Under the pieces are notes generated by a model. That model saw nothing but the letters and a program-made list of their open reading frames with translations, was not told the origin of the DNA and did not search any database. Positions 13,501-37,723 of a DNA stretch of 64,000 nt are shown here, in pieces. Position 1 is the stretch's first letter. Each line of letters begins with the position of its first letter. Position numbers and translations under genes: made by a program. The stretch comes from Trichoplax sp. H2 (lineage: Eukaryota): assembly GCA_003344405.1 (NCBI GenBank), contig NOWV01000003.1:1302001-1366000 (forward strand). Direction: 5' to 3'.

Positions 13501-16500
13501 TATACAGTATGTCTATTCGTATATCAATATGCAGCATAAAATTTGATTTACGGTTATCTCATCTATCATACTATAATGTTTGTAATTGGTTTATATTTAG
13601 ACTAAATGATCGAATAAATTAATGTCTAGATAACTTCAACATAAAAATTTAGAATAGTCCATAACTTATTTCCATGGTTGATAATAGTTCATTTCAAATT
13701 CGAATATTAAGGATTTTAAAGGTTCTTAAGCATTTATTGCATTTCTTGCTTGTATTTTAATATATAGAATTGAAATATTCTACTAGTTTAATGTTAAAAA
13801 ATTTCTCATAAATTAATTAGTGTGTGTAGCATCTTTACCTATCTATGTTCTGAATTAGCTTTAAAACTATTCAACTTGTTCTCCGACTTACGAAGTGGAT
13901 TTGATAGATTACAAATAGACGTAGCGTAGTTAATTTGCACTCCGTTTAAGAAAAGCTACAAGTATAACCATATCACTTAAAGAATCATAGTAATTATTAG
14001 GGTACTCGTCATAAAAGATTATACCCTCTCCTATGTGATCCATATTTAAAATTTCTTCTTACTTGTAGCTTATCAATTTACTGCCACTGTGGATGATCAG
14101 AATTGGTATCATGTAGTTAACGTGTAATTTTTAATCAATAGGTATGTAAATATTTATTTTCTCTAATAATGTAACGATTAACCCACTAGGATATAAAATT
14201 GCTGATACTAATACGTACATGCAGTAATAACTATACATAAATCAATTTTGTCATATTCTTCTCATCGTAAAATGTAATTAATTAAGATGGAATTTAATAT
14301 AATTAAAATTTCGGCAATTTTACGTTCCTAAACATAAACTTTCAAATAGTCTCGCAAGTTTACCTCAATTGTCGAATTTGTATCAAGAATGGAAACATAT
14401 TGTACGTTAATATTTACGATAGTTAGTAAAGTAACTGTAATTTAAAATTTTGTTATAAGTGACGAGCCGCCAGCAAGGCGACGAGATATAGGACTGGTTT
14501 GTTTAAATATTTTTGCCTATCATATTACATTACACCAACAATGCAGAACGATGGGAGGTTCTAATTAATTTTATTTACATTAGATATCAACTTCAATTTA
14601 AATTAGCGGATAGATTTTAAAGAGATCAAATACCTGATATAAAAATAAAATTAAATATAGTACCCGGTGGTAATTTTATAGAACATTAGAAACGAAGTGA
14701 TTTAAACTTACTTTAAGAGTTCTGATATACTCTACAAGCAAACACTGAAAGTCCTAACATAACATAGAATTTAATTTTCGGCATACGATCAAGTATACGT
14801 ATTTGCTGCATATAGCTATAAGCCCTCCATATAGAGGCTAATAACACTTAATGACCTAGTGAATGTTTGTGCCTTTGCATTACGCATCCGATTTTAGTAA
14901 ACTAAATTATATATCCGTTACTGGCAGATTCAGCAATCGTTGAGTATTTGTACGTGATAATACACATTCTGTAGATTACTAATTGGATTCTGAGTAGATA
15001 CTAGTAAGTTTTGTTGACCATTCTAACTTGCATTCGTCTACATGATGCAGGTCGTTTACATAATCAGCCGTTTTGCAAAAATATCATGCTATAGTTACGA
15101 TTAATTTTGTTTCTAAATAAATAAATCACAGTTTTAGGAACATACTAGTTGAAATGGTATGTGCAATCTTGGCCGATTTTGGATAGTTTAAGTAGGTGTA
15201 GTGATTTTAGCAAATTGCGGTGGTTATGCGTTTTATAAGTGTGATAGTGGTATAAAGTGAAAGAAAATGTGAGATAGAGTGGTCCGTTGTACCTAATAAA
15301 GCAATTGTGAACTAGAGCTGGGCTAATACCCAATCATTCCGGTAGATAATACGAAATATACTCTAGCTGAATGGTTATCCAGCGGCACTTCCTCAAACGA
15401 ATAGGCGAGCTAATTCAAGAAATAAAGTTTTTATAGACTCCGTTTGATAAATTATATTTTCATTATGAGTATAAAATTAATTTCTTTAATTGATACCCTT
15501 TCATTTTAATTAATATTAATAAAACAAATAACTATAGGTTTAATAAGCAAATCGATAAAGATACATTACATTATTTGCTCGTCTTAGCTAATTAAAGTAT
15601 ACTCAAAGGTTGATTATCACTGGTGAGCGTGTAGCTACCGTAATAGTTTGATGTCACAGCGAGATTAATATTCTTAATATCTTCGGATAGCCTTTTAAAG
15701 TTTTTACACATACAGGAATTAATTTCAACATCCTGTTTCACAATTAAAGTTGATTTATCAAGTATTGTTGCAGTCATAGTCGAATATATACGCACTGTAG
15801 CTGTTTTAACAAGCTATTCTGTAGCTTAATATCAATGCAATTACATAGTAAAATGTAAATAAAGTTATGGGACCTGATGGATGAAATTATTCTTTAATCA
15901 GCATGTATTCTTTCAATTCATTTACGAGTATGCCCAATCATCTCCTCGTTAATGTCCTTATTGGCTTCATTTTGTGAATGATTAATTATAGTAACAAATA
16001 GCTTGATAGACGATATATGTAGTTTATAGAAGCGTGATGTATTATTATAATAGTACGTGTTTCAACCCATGCACCGTACTATCCCACTACTTTGAAGCAA
16101 GAAAGAAATCAAATTTGTATCTTCCATAGCTTTACTCTTATAATGATTGCTATAAAATGTACCATAATCAACTTCAGGTCGATGATGTCGTTATGAACAG
16201 AGTTTTGCAACCATTGAGGCAATTCTATGGACAATTTTTACAGCGTTTAATGTTATAAAGCCTTTACGGACGTATTATTATTCAAGATATCTTCCTGTAT
16301 ACGAGCATTAATAGAAAATCTCAACTGATATTCATGTACACGTACCTTGCTTTAAAATTGTTTGTACACATCGTCTTCTCTACTGCGATGTAGCTACCAG
16401 TATTTACAGTAGCCTATCACATCGAACAACTAAGCTAGTAGCTGACATTTACGGTAATAAATCTTGTATTCGTCTTTCAACAAATTAAACTGTCCTCATA

Positions 16501-19500
16501 TTACCTATTAATGGATCAATAGGATAGCGAAACTTTTATTCGATATTCAATGAAATTAGAAGTATAATAAATAATTTAAAGTGTAGACATGGCTTTTTTA
16601 TTCAACGGTTTTAACCTGGTAAAGTGTTATCATAAATTGGTCTGTATAAAGTATCACAGATTGAATTAGTAGTTTGGAAATCTAAAATATCAAGAGACTT
16701 AAACTTTTCCCACCCTTCTAGCTATACCTCTGAATGGATGATTACGAGAAAGGAAATTGCTATTCATGATGTCAATAAATCTGTAACATAAACACCTTCA
16801 AGAGGTGTAACTTAGTTGTTGTTGCATTGGTGCAACATCGATGAAATTAAAAATGAAATGCGTCAGTAATCGTATAGTATGTAATTTTAAGTTCATTACA
16901 GAAAACCAGTAATAAAGATTATCATTGCTAAAATGATTTGCATTATAAACGTAAGAATAATGATATTAGTGGTTAACGAGAACATAAAAGTTAAGCTATT
17001 ATCGTACCTTAAGAATCGGTTAAGATTTTGGACAAGAATCGATAGCATTTTCTCAATTTCAATGATCCCATCTAGTTGGTTAAACTAAAGTGGTTATACC
17101 TGTGTCTTCTTGGAAAACTAACATTTTTAAATAAGATTAAAAAGAATGAATCAATCAAACGGAAAGGCCAGATATGAAACTTTACTCTATCTATCTATCT
17201 CTTAATTGTATCACTCATCATCTTGAATGGAATCATACATAATTTAAAGATAAGATCTACCATAGCAAGAATTTATAAAATGATACCTAAAGGTGTTAGA
17301 TTAGCATAGTAACATCTAAAAATAACTCAATTTTGTACTCTACCTTGAATGATCTTAGGTAGGAAAAAATCACTAAACTTAGTGACTAATTTAAAAAGGA
17401 AAACGATTTTAAGTGAATTTGAAAATAATATCGAGAGATTAATGAAACATAATGTGTCAAGAAGGCGACGCATCATCAATTACGACAATAAATTAGTCTG
17501 ATAAAAATAAAAGAAGAAATTAGAATTAAATTGTAAAGAAAAGTAAGTCAGTTAAATGATGACTTATATGGCACCAATTAAAGAAAATCAGTTGATTATC
17601 TCATCAATGCCATCAAATAATATTCATTCCAATTACAATTGAGACGGACAAATAGTTGATTGTGTTTTTCGTTGATTGTTGTAACAATAAGTCAAAACCA
17701 GACTACGATATATTAAAATGTCAGTATAGGGTAGAGAGAAATGAAAACTTAGACTGACCGCTTAGTTGAATGAAATATTAGCAATGTAGCGATTCAATAT
17801 TAAATAGAAATTAGAATAACGATTATATCAGTAATGATATATTAAAATTGTACTGAGTTTAGACATTTTTACTATTCTGTCGCTTAGAATAAGCCGTAGA
17901 TGAATAAACGATCCGAGGCACTAAATAGGAAATAGACATCGACACTACGTTGTTCTGTCACTTTTATTCGAATTGATCACTATTTCAATCATAAATTTAC
18001 TATTAAAATCCAGACAGCTAGAACTTCTGGAATCAGTTTAATTTTTTTTAATGTATTAGAATTAATTTTTCCGTTTAAATTCATATTACCTTACTATGTG
18101 ACAGTTTTCTTATTACACTTTTCCAATCTGTTGCCTTGATGGTTGGGGGTTGTTCGCACTAGACACTGAAACTACCGTCTATGGAAAATGATTTATTAAT
18201 CTTTTATTCTTAAAAGTCCCGTGTCAGTAAGTAGAAATCCATGTTACCTTGTATAGCTCTTATCTTTTTTTATGCGATTTCTGTGATCCATAAATACACC
18301 TTATTTTAAAAAAATCTTATTAATCAACTTAATTGAATTAAATTATTATAAATTGATTGACAATAAAATGGATAGGACTTATTTCAAAGTAGGCAATATT
18401 ATTAATCATGCTATTATTATTATAAAAGACTGTCGCTTTCATTAATTGATATTTGAATTCAAATAACTTATAGATTTGATTGTCGTGATGGTTTGTTGCA
18501 AGTTATCATTTCAATGACTTCAATTATATCAAGTTAAATACTAAGTCAAAATGCAGAGTCTATAAAATAATCTCAGTACAACAGTTATTTTTCAACTATT
18601 GAAACATGTTTCTAGAATAGATTTTAAGTCACTTATTGATAATAGAATTAGAAAAAAATGTGTCAGACAGAGAGAAAGAGAGAATAGTCGGCAAGATGGG
18701 AAAAATTCATTTATTGTTGGTCTAAGCCTTAATATGCAGCCTATTGAAATAAGACCCTAGCTAATCATACATATTGTAAAATAGCGACTATGCCATTGAT
18801 CTCATAGAACGGGTAGTGTAAATAGCCAAAGATGTTGCAAATTATCCCTTACTCAATCATGACGTTAATGCTATTAGGCCATTACAAAACATGAGAGATA
18901 ATAACTAGAATGCGGTCATTTCCGATAGAAATTGATTTGTAATAGGTGTAACTTAAATCTTGCTCGGTTCTCTTCATATTCTCCTTCTTTCAATTTTTTA
19001 TGTGTTGAATAATATTTGATCAAATGATCACTGTATTTTGTCAATCCTAAATAAGGAAAGTTATATGAATAAGATCACGGCCTATGATCGTCTCCAGACT
19101 CTATGCTATACTTATTTAGCAACTTCACATCGAATTAAAACAATGCTAATTAGAAATTAAATAGATAAAAACAAATAGTAATGCTTGTCATAATGTATAA
19201 TATTTATCTTGTATAGATTAAAATAGTTATCCAACTTTTTATTTTCCCCTTAGACTGTATATTACTGTATCTTATCTTTACTATATACTATATAAAAGTT
19301 TGAAACCTCATTTTACTACACGATTCTATTACATAATAAAATCAGCAAGAAACATCCGCTAGCACTATGGTTTCTACTTATTTTACGTCAAATCATTATC
19401 TTTTTAATGACTATTGTGTTGATCTCCTATAGAGTAACAGTTTAGCAAGGCAATAGAAGATGGACAATAACAACAGCATTGCCGTGATCAATGACAAAGT

Positions 19501-22500
19501 GGCTATAAACTATGATGACAATGATAAATGAATTATTGATCGACATAAAAGATATAATCAATTTAGCATGATGACAATTGCCTTAAAGAATGTTGAACTA
19601 TTTTGATAGAAATCCTAGAAACGTACATATCAAGATCATGGAATCATTTGTACCATCGACTCTTAATTCGTATTTGATTTATTCTGAAATGGAATGATCG
19701 TAGTAAATTCAATTACCTTTCAGACACATCGATAGTTTAATGTATCCTGTATGCCCGTTGTAAGTATTGTAAATTGCCTTCATGATACGGCCTAATTGTA
19801 TGCCCTACACTCTGCTGAGCCTCAGCAAACATTCGCTTTTGCGATTAATTCTTTTCGGTAGAATAAAAAACGTATTGATCATGCCAATTCACAGTATAAT
19901 TAACCTCTGATGGTATCAGGAAATAGTATATACTGTGGTACTCATTATGAATTTAAAATCAAACATGACAGGATCGAGAATTTTACTAATTGCTAAACAT
20001 TTACGATATTGTTACAGTAATTGACGCCGATACAGCCTAAATGAGCATTAAATCTGAATCAATAATGTTATTTACGAATTACGAAACGCAATATAACTAA
20101 TCGTATATAAATCGTGAATTTTGCTGTAATAAGTAGATTGTCAGATAGTCAGATAGTCCTTGGTAGTTAGACAAACCTAACTTCTGTAATAAAGTGAAAT
20201 TTGCAAGAAACTGTAGTTCTTGATTTATTGTTTTGAAATGCTTATACATGTATATAGGCATGTGCATTAATTCTGATAAGATAGAAAAGGATTTCTGTAT
20301 TAAATTGAACTAAAAGAGTACCACAAGATACAAAATTTTGAGATTATTGATATCAGGGCGTGTTTAACTAATTTATTTCAAATATCTGCAGTATTCTACA
20401 TCTAAACAACCACGATCTATTGCCTAAAGTTAATCTTCTACGGAGAGTCTATTGGAAGCTGATTAAGAATTTAGGAAATGTCCACATTACATTACTTTTT
20501 TGCATATTTTTACCCGCTGATAGTGTACATATAGTATAACAAGTAACCTTGTCTGTGTTCATTTAAAGAATATTTTACATAGGTAGTAGAGTACCTGGTC
20601 AGCTACCCGAATACAATTTAGTGTTTCAAATATAAATTTTAGGCTAAAGAGCAGTGGTGACGAGAGGAGTTTGTGAGCAGTTTTGAGCTATGTAGAACAC
20701 AAATTGCTGAAAAAAGAAAATATTAGGTTGTTTACTCGCCATTTTAGCTCGTCTTAACCTTTAATCCGTGTCACATACATTCTCTTTGGTAGATATAATT
20801 TGAAAACAGAGTATGTTTATATATAGGACGTCAAGCGTTATTTATTGTGGTTGGTAAAATGAATGCAAACCTTATAACAGTAAGGAACGATCGTAATGTC
20901 ATAGGTAGCTCCTTTAATTTATTGCCAAGCTTTTTGAAATTTATACCCAATATTAAGCGTTCTAGTATCAAACAGTTATGAAATAAGCGATACTCTAGAT
21001 GTATAAGATATTACGTATAGCAAATATCAAACTCAGTCGATATCTGTTACCAAAAGCTAAAAATCTCTCAAACAGCGAAATTAAGTAGGGGAGATTTGAC
21101 TGTAATTAAACTAAATTTTAAGTTCTTATTGAAGTTTATAGCATTTTGCTATAAAGATACTCTATAAACCCATCTTAAAATAAGAAAGTTCCATGATTTT
21201 AACTCCTTTAAATTAATATCGAATCAAAGTTCTTGTAGAGTCCAATATACTTAACGCATCAAGTGTATGTTGTCAGTTTCTTTCATGCATAACATCAATT
21301 TAATTCTTAATAATATCAAGCGTTTATAATTATCAATAATTAAATGAAACTAATTATTTGTCCATAGAATAATCATTTCTGCTTCTAAATGATGATTGTA
21401 CACCACTCTATGTCTGCTTTATTGTCGTACAACAATAGTATTGTCCAGATTAGACATTGTACTATAATCATCGTGTCTCCTTTACCCTCGATAAATAGCT
21501 TTGTCTTGATGATAGACTAGACCATAGTTCATCCAACTTGTTACATTATATCGAACTATGGCTAACTAACTTAATATTGGTCAGGTAGGTAAAGTTTACT
21601 TTTCGTACCGTATATGATTTTGATCCGTATTGAATGTTATTATTATTCGTATAGTCTTAAAATTACAAGGGAGAAGTTATTGCATTATGTGGATATCTGT
21701 AAACTTTCATATTCATTGCCTGCTTAAATGAGTGACGCATACCTGCTTAAGAAATAATCTTTTATTTCGAGTTTATAACATTTTGGATAATTAAATTGGA
21801 ATACGTATTAATTTTATAGATATCATCTATGTTTGTACCGATTGTTTCTTTAAACTTTCATAATTAAACATTTATGCATAGCAAGGCTGATATGATATCT
21901 TTAACAGTTTTGGCAAGTTTAATTATTTACGATTGATTATAGTGAGGAATTTAATGTACTGTAGTATAAATGAAATATATTTTTATAACAGCCTATACGA
22001 ACAACATTGTATTTGTTTTGGATGAAAGGCGTCAGACGCTATAAAGCTATAAAATAATCCCAATCGTCTAGTGACTGATATTGATAATAATATACTTATG
22101 TTAGCAATATAATGGCTATGGCTAGGGTCAATTTAGCTACAAGAACATTAAGCAATCAACTATGTAACTGTAACTTTAAGATATCTCCTAAGAGCAAATA
22201 CTAATTAAAATAACTCTTTTAAAAAAATGCAATATTTTATAATGCTGTCATTAAAGCAATACAATACTGGTACGCACTGTAAATATGGTGTGATTCCAGC
22301 AACTAATTTCTATTAATTAATCAATCTAAAGATTGCAATCAAGTTAATTCTCTATACACAAGCGTATTATATGAATTGTTAATTTAAGATTTCTCCTTTA
22401 TACCAGACTATACAAGTATATGTAGTATATGTGTGTGTATACCTAGATATAATTTTCGTACCCAAATAAATGGATTACTTCATATGAGGATGCTCCAAGT

Positions 22501-24041
22501 CACCCATCAAGAGTGTAATAAATTATTTGCATAGTGAGCTAGTAGTACGCGTACTAAAATAATGACTTTCTTAGTTTATATTCTATTTTGTTTGCTACCA
22601 CCTTTTAGTTACTTCGTAAAATCCTTTGTGGGCCACGTCCACAATATTGCAATGCCTGAACGTATGCTACAAGCTTACAATTTTATCTAGTTATATCTCA
22701 TTAATCGAAGCCTTAATTACACTCTTAATATTATTACCCACAGAAGACTTCAGTATGGAAAATTTATATTCTACATAGTGTTACGGAATATTTCTCACAT
22801 CCACATCAAGAGTTACTGAATGCTCACTGAATACTGCTTAATCTTGATAACCTACATCTGCTTTACAGAACTGAACTTTGCAGACTTAATGCAGCTTCAG
22901 TGAATATTAATTTAAAAATGTTCTTCTGCTATTAATTCAATTGCAGTATCTAAATAGCCTACCTTAGGTATTAGTATTCATACTTTCCTGTAAAATGTTG
23001 ACTGAAAATACATATACTGTATACGGTGAGATGGTGATTTTTTACTTGTTTTGTTCCAGCTAAGGAAATACAGTAGCAAGAATGGGCAGTAACTGGTACC
23101 ATATGCCCTGAAGAATTACAAAATTGATCGTATTACTTTCACACATAGGCGAATAACAAGTTTTGTATTTGCCAGGCCTTAATTGATTCATAAGTAAGAA
23201 GCTTCTTGGCAATAACGCTTTTAGTGCATTAAAAATGAATTTACTTTAACTAAACTTTGAACGATGGCTGGCAAATGCAATACTTTCATGCTTTAAATTC
23301 GCAAATGAAGGGAAATTCGATAATTTTTATTATAAAAATGATCTGTGTATCATATTTCATCTCTGTAGATGATATTTAATGAAAGCATTTTAACCCTTAA
23401 TGCAATCAATTATTGGAACAAACGTAGTACGGCACTCAGCGTTATATACTGTAACCATCTAGTTTTAATGAATTACCAGTAATTGTCGTTTATGCTAATT
23501 TTGATATTCAGTGAATACTTTATTTCTTATCAATTTTTTAGCTAAAACTTCAAGTTATCAGTGTATTTCCTATTAATAATCAATTATTATACATTAACCA
23601 TCCCATAGCATAGATGTTATAGACTGCGCGCCTTAACTTAACAATAATGCGTATCTGTCTTGATTATTTAGTAACAACTGCCTAAATTACTAAAAAGCGT
23701 TCTACTACTTCAGCACCATATTTCTTCATCGACTACTAAATAATGCCGGCAGATTATAGTTATGAAAGAGCAGCTGTATACATTCCAGTACTTTGAGCTG
23801 GCTCTGCATACAGTAAGCTTATTTACAGTTGATAATGCTGCATTCACTGTAAATCCGAAGCCTTAGACTAAGCTCAGTAGTGAACATGCCATATCATAAT
23901 ACTGTATATATACAGTAATAATTTCGTGAAGAGTATCAATTATACGGTACAGTATAGTGTAAATAATTATGAAAGATTAATTAGAGTTCTATATTGTTTC
24001 GACACAATTAATAATATGGTCTAAAGTCATATGTTCTAATT

Positions 24042-24055
24042 GTTACCATAGCAAC
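24042..24055 (+). promoter_or_regulatory. RFX X-box upstream of WDR64
   Basis: GTTACCATAGCAAC, a near-palindromic full match to the X-box consensus GTTRCCATRGYAAC, about 590 bp upstream of the ATG. A likely 5' UTR donor (GTAAGC, about 24081) follows, and an acceptor-like AG immediately precedes the ATG. Confidence 0.75.
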
Positions 24056-24634
24056 TGCTTTACAATCTTGCATTGATGCAGTAAGCTTTTAAGTAACTTT
24101 TCCTCACTTAGCTAATATAGGATCATTTTCAACCACTGTATAAGCAACATTTGAAGACTCTATGGTACAAATACTCCTAAATGATATTGGTACAGTGAAT
24201 AGCGAAACATGATATCTCTTATCTATATAAACACAGATTTAATCTTTTAAGTTGACTGGTTCATTTTAATAGATCTAATACCGAAAACTTTTGCTATCTA
24301 TAACTTGAGAATTCTGTTTGACTGTACACATATTTTAGGTATGGTAACTGTAATTGATTTAAATCGGTGAAGTTGCCGGGTGCATCATAGGTGTATTTAT
24401 ATATATTTTAATAGTATCTTAGTCTTATACTATTTTAATTAAATTGATCCAAAGACATTCATTATACGAAGAATTTGTGACTTAGTAGCTACGCCTAATG
24501 GAACATAAATCCAAGAATTGCTATATGAAATAACACTGAACATACATGAATATAAGAAGGCGGTTTTAAAGTAGGACGAAAAGGTGTTCCAATTATTGTA
24601 ACAACCCTAAATTTGGATTGATTTTATATGCAAG

Positions 24635-35335
<10,701 letters not shown>

Positions 35336-36399
35336 CTTATTGGCGGAAATTTAACCTAACTTTTATTCTTAACAAACTAGTTTTGTAAACTTGAAAATAT
35401 ACTATAGATGGCATTTTTTTGAAAATTTTATCATTTTACATAGGCTTGATATACTACAGTCTGCAGATTTACCATGAAATTTATGAAAGTTATGGGTAAA
35501 TATTATACCTGACTCCTACAATAACTTACACACGGTATCTGTTTACGTTTATTATACGTGACATAAACCAAATGATGCATTGATCTAAATTGAGGCACAC
35601 AGGAGCTTTGATAATGGTAATACAATCCGTTTTTTGATATTATTTTAACTACATTAGCCTCATCAATACGCTTTGCGACTTGTGTTATATGGATGTTATA
35701 ACGTATGACATGTTATGATCAATCCCGAGAATCGGGCATGTATAAATTCTTGTAATGTTACTACACTGATTACAAACAATATTTAAAATTGCTATTTTCA
35801 CGAAGAGTTCGATCTATTAATCGTAAAAAGAAAATGAATGGTGAAACTGCAATCGATGTCTTGTAATAAGTAATGGACGTATACATTATATGTACTGTAT
35901 ATGTGGATATATCTTTAGTTGAAGTAAAAATTGTAACAGAAACGTAATAAATTGAAAATTCTGCTAATTTATATCTCGCTATTTTGTAACATTTTCTAAC
36001 ATGTTTACGGATTACATTTTTTTATTCTTAATGCTATACTGTAGAATAAAAAGAAAACAGCTATTTTGACAGTTTCATGTCAAATTGTCCTTTTCTCTAA
36101 AGCATCGTAGACTCAATTTTAATGGTGTTGTCGTCGTAGCTTTCTTATTTTTAACTACAGCGGACTAGTGGCTATACAGTAAGTAAACTATCATTTCTTT
36201 TAGGGTTATGTTGTGTCTAGGAACCTATTGTTGACTGTCCAGTGTACACGTATCGAACAATCAGATTGAGAAGGCATCCTTTGAATGATATTGAAAGATA
36301 ATTTTACAGTACGGCTCCATTTATGAACAAGTAATCTACTGTAGCAATCGTATGATCTAGAAATTATTGATTAATATAGAACCATAAAGCAATGACATT

Positions 36400-36690
36400 G
36401 AAATGTTGCTAATTCTAATCACGATAATGGTCGTAGCTCATCAATTTTAGCTCGGGCATAATAGACTAATAGCTATGGAGCAATCACATTGCAATGTTGC
36501 TAATTCTAATAATATAGTGGCATATCATTAATTTTCCCCTAATTCTAATCACGATAATTGTCGTAGCTCATCAATTTTAGCTCGGGCATAACAGAATAAT
36601 AGCTATGGAGCAATCACATTGAAGTATTATAAATTTTAATCACGATAATGGTCGTAGCTCATCAATTTTAACTCGGGCATAATAGACTAA
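36400..36690. repeat. Imperfect tandem repeat, 3 copies of an approximately 60-80-bp core
   Basis: TAATCACGATAATKGTCGTAGCTCATCAATTTTARCTCGGGCATAA recurs at about 36416, 36546 and 36637. Confidence 0.85.
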
Positions 36691-36860
36691 AAGTTAATAA
36701 TTATATATAATTTAAAGGTGAAGTTTTTTTTGTTGTTAAAAAAAGGAGAGATGTAATATATGATTCCTAATTATACATGTGATTTTGCTTGAGTAATGAG
36801 TATACGGTACATTAAGAGCTAATAGATAAGCGTCACTTGTCTACAGTACAGTACGTATAT

Positions 36861-37165
36861 AAGACGAGTTCTCTATATTATAGACCAGTTCTGTTTTACT
36901 GGCCTCTCTCTGTGGGTGATTCTTGTCAATAACCAGAATAAAAATGCTGATACTTTGAGAGTCTAAAGACGAGTCTGAATCAGTTGTGTTACTAGCCTCT
37001 CCGTTTGTGATTCTTGTCAATAACCTGAATAAAAATGCTGATACTTTGAGAGTCTAAAGACGAGTTTGAATCAGTTGTGTTACTAGCCTCTCCGTTTGTG
37101 ATTCTTGTTAATAACCTGAATAAACATCCTGATACTTTTCCGAGTCTAAAGACGAGTCTGAATCA
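36861..37165. repeat. Tandem repeat, 91-92-bp unit, about 3.3 copies
   Basis: GTCTAAAGACGAGT recurs at 36961, 37052 and 37144. The unit includes GTGATTCTTGTCAATAACCTGAATAAA. Confidence 0.9.
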
Positions 37166-37723
37166 CTGCGTTTCTCATGAAGGAAAATATTAGTAGTACT
37201 GTACAGTATCTAGTCCACTTGTACCGTACTGTACCATACTGTGCACACTGTGATCCTTTTCCAAATCGATAAATCAGCACATACTGTATTATATGCGCTT
37301 ATTTTTTTACCAAATCCGAAAAATTTTTTAGATGCGGAAATGTCGATTGATGTACGTGTATAGCATATATATTATGTTACTGTACATTGGTTAATTAATA
37401 CTAAAGTCTTTAACTTCGTATTAAAGAATCGAATAAGAAAAAGAGCTTGTGCCGTTACAGTATAGCACAGTTGTGTACAGTACTGTTCGGCGCTTCGTAC
37501 CCTAATGTTACTTGTAAGCAAATGGATGGCTAGTTACAGTTACAGCATAGACTGTGTGTACTATGTCCCATAGGCTGTCAGTCATAGGATTTCCAATTCC
37601 AACTTCGTACCTCACTATTATTTCCAGCTAGTAGTGATTTCCAACACTTATCATCAGAATTATTTAAATTAAAACCTCCAATTTTTTATACTATACTGCT
37701 ATTGCTATTACTGCGGTTTATTC

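Noticed and set aside
36861..37165. Regularly spaced repeats suggesting a CRISPR array
   Set aside because: The whole unit repeats with no unique spacers, there are no cas genes, and the context is eukaryotic.
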